Origin: a virus
Taxonomy: Duplodnaviria > Caudoviricetes
Length of the DNA stretch: 54,971 bases
Reading direction: 5' to 3' (one strand)
IMG/VR virus record: IMGVR_UViG_3300024999_000135
Coordinates: 1-54,971 of that record
Part shown: piece by piece, positions 52,789 to 54,971 of the stretch
How the letters are laid out: each line of letters opens with the position of its first letter
Numbering within the stretch: the stretch's first letter is position 1
Program-made: the position numbers and the translations under genes
Notes under the pieces: model-generated
Told to the model about the DNA's origin: nothing
The model's database searches: none
What the model saw: only the letters and a program-made list of their open reading frames with translations

Positions 52789-53001
52789 ATGGCAAAGATA
52801 ATATGTTGTGATAAATGTAAAAGTACAAATATAAATAAAATTGGTGAAGAAAAAAGAAATCAACATACAACTAAAGAAGAAGGATGGTTTGGTCTTGGAG
52901 GTAGTTGGGACGTTATATATCATTCACATTATAATTTATATGGTAAATATAAATGTAACGAATGTGGTTATGAATTTAGTGAGTTAGAATATAGTCATTA
53001 A
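52789..53001 (+). CDS. Zinc-ribbon protein
   Basis: CDKC and CNECG. Confidence 0.65.
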   Translation: MAKIICCDKCKSTNINKIGEEKRNQHTTKEEGWFGLGGSWDVIYHSHYNLYGKYKCNECGYEFSELEYSH

Positions 53002-53192
53002 TAAAAGGAGAATTATTATATGAGAAGAAAAGTTAAAGCAAAAATTAAAGGTAATTTTAGTGGAATTGCTATTGTTATTTTAGATAGCAATGGTAATATC
53101 GAAGAAATAGATGAAGTATTAGAAATTGATGAAGTGGATGATTGTGAAATTATTGAAGAAATATATCAAGTTGGTGGATAATAACTTAAAAT

Positions 53193-53273
53193 ATACTAGA
53201 TATAGTGTGTAAATGAGAGTTAAACCACTATATCTAGTATTAAAATCATTACAAAAGTTCGAATTGGTGTTGA
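53193..53273. promoter_or_regulatory. Tandem NrdR-box-like pair followed by a dif-like core
   Basis: CTAGATATAG (53196), CTATATCTAG (53228); tcattacaaaa gttcga attggtgttga at 53246-53273. Confidence 0.6.
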
Positions 53274-53294
53274 TTTATAAATTAATCTAAAGAG

Positions 53295-53990
53295 GTGTTT
53301 ATTATAAGTAAAAAAAGATATAAATATGAAGAATATCATAAAGAAATAGATAATGTATTATATAAAAAATGTGCATATCATGAAGAAATATTTGGAGAAG
53401 AAAAGTGGTTACCATGTAATGAAGATTACTTTTATAAAAATCCTAAAAATAAATCTGATGGGTTATATCCAGAATGTAAAGAGTGTGCTAAAGTTAAATC
53501 TATTAAATGGAGTAAAGAAAATTATGAAAGACGTAAAGAAATTTTAAGTAAATCCCAAAGTAAACCAGAAAGAAGAGACTATGTTAATGGGATTAAAAAG
53601 AAACAAAAAGAAAGAGGAATGTTTACTAAATGGAGAAGAGAAAATAAAGATAAAGTAAAAGAATATAATAAATTAAGATATCATAAAAAACATAAAATAT
53701 CTAACAAAGAATAGTTAAAATGTAAAGAATATTTTAATTATCAATGTGCATATTGTGGTATGTCTGAGATTGAACATAAAAAATTATATAATGAACAATT
53801 ACATAAAGAACATGTTATTCATGATGGTAGTAATGATATAAAAAATTGTATTCCTGCGTGTAAATCATGTAATAGTAGCAAGAGAAACTATGACATGCAA
53901 GATTGGTATAAACAACAAAAATTTTATGATATAAATAAATTAGATAAAATAATACTATGGTTAAAATGGATGAAATCAAAATATAAATAA
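53295..53990 (+). pseudogene. HNH endonuclease interrupted by an in-frame TAG (53712-53714)
   Basis: Both ORFs are in one frame: ISNKE*LKCKEYFNYQCAYCG...EHV...N..PACKSCNSSK. Confidence 0.8.
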
Positions 53991-54214
53991 ATAAAAGGAG
54001 AATAAACTATGAAAAAATATGTTGTAGAAATAGCAGTAGGATTTTGTGCTAGTTTAACTGTTGATGCTAGAAATAAAGAAGAAGCAATTATAAAAGCAAA
54101 AGAATTAGTATTAGAAGATGCTACTGAATATTATGATGGTAATTTAGAGATAGAAAATGTTAATTTTGTTCAAGAAGTAGAATAATATAAAATAAAAATT
54201 AAAGGAGATATATT

Positions 54215-54802
54215 ATGACTTGTATTATAGGATTACTAGATAAAGAAAAAGATTGTGTTTACGTAGGAGCAGATTCTTTAGGTTCGAGTTGGTGTAATCA
54301 AGCAATATTCAAAAATCGTAAAGTATTTAAAGCAAAAGACAATACTAATATATTAATGGCAATATGCGGAGATTTCAAATTGCAAAATATCCTTTCAATT
54401 GAAGAAAATATTATTGAAGAAATAAAACATTATAAAAACGAAATTAACTTTGAACATATGGTTAAATATGTTTCTCCAAAAATAATGAATTTAGCAAATC
54501 AATATTATTGTCTTAAATATAAAGATGGTTATCGAAGTATGGAAGGTGATATTATATTTGCCTATAAAAATCAATTATACATAATTGAATCTAATGGTCA
54601 AGTGTTAGAACCAGAGGATGAATATATTGCTGGTGGTTCAGGTGGTAATTTTGCTATTGCAGTTTTATCACAAAATAAAGATAAAGATACTATTGCAAGA
54701 ATCAAAGAGGGATTAGAAGCAGCAGAAAAACATGCGGTAGGAGTAAAAAGACCATTTTATATAATGAATACTTTAGATGATGAAATTGTTGTGATTGAAT
54801 AA
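54215..54802 (+). CDS. Ntn-hydrolase, HslV/proteasome-beta-like protease
   Basis: N-terminal MT-CIIG, GADS, RKVF, GGSGG.FA. Confidence 0.75.
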   Translation: MTCIIGLLDKEKDCVYVGADSLGSSWCNQAIFKNRKVFKAKDNTNILMAICGDFKLQNILSIEENIIEEIKHYKNEINFEHMVKYVSPKIMNLANQYYCLKYKDGYRSMEGDIIFAYKNQLYIIESNGQVLEPEDEYIAGGSGGNFAIAVLSQNKDKDTIARIKEGLEAAEKHAVGVKRPFYIMNTLDDEIVVIE

Positions 54803-54971
54803 GATAAATTATTAAAGGAGAATAAATTATGGATAATATATTTAATACATTTTATAATACTTTCACTTATGCAATTTTATATATTTCTTGGGATGGATTA
54901 AGAATTATTAAATGTGAAAACGAACAAGACATGGATAAAAAATTTGATGAATATTCAAAAATATACACATA

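Noticed and set aside
1457-53714. Genome-wide TAG recoding suggested by the amber codon in the HNH gene
   Set aside because: TAG ends complete genes normally (1459, 9889, 14350, 16833) and long genes have no internal TAG
1-54971. CRISPR array, tRNA or rRNA genes
   Set aside because: No regularly spaced direct repeats, cloverleaf or rRNA-like tracts recognised by eye; the repeated sites are dispersed and degenerate. tRNAscan was not run.

Overview
Very AT-rich, almost entirely + strand segment of a large Firmicutes (probably clostridial) phage or prophage with SPbeta-like organisation. It carries a replication operon (SSB-like, Sak4/AAA_24 ATPase, DnaB, primase, RecJ, DnaE, RecD2), nucleotide/NAD metabolism genes (Nampt, intein-containing class II RNR, dUTPase, nucleoside deoxyribosyltransferase), RNA repair genes (Rnl2-type ligase, Pnk-HD), homing endonucleases, two solo TnpB genes, a Dam-type methylase and many small accessory ORFs. 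Two signals stand out. (1) About 17 intergenic dif-like 11-6-11 bp sites sit at gene boundaries in the accessory regions; three lie exactly 29 nt behind tandem NrdR-box-like pairs and five lie 43-44 nt behind a second palindrome. This suggests a site-specific gene-cassette system with accessory protein sites, although no recombinase is in the window. (2) An ATP-dependent DNA ligase - TARG1/DarG-like macrodomain - PARP-like (H-Y-E) operon occurs in a genome that also encodes Nampt. Also notable: repeated ATA/ATT start codons, stand-alone fragments resembling terminase and tape-measure protein, and several homopolymer frameshifts. All family calls come from motif recognition by eye; no database search was run.
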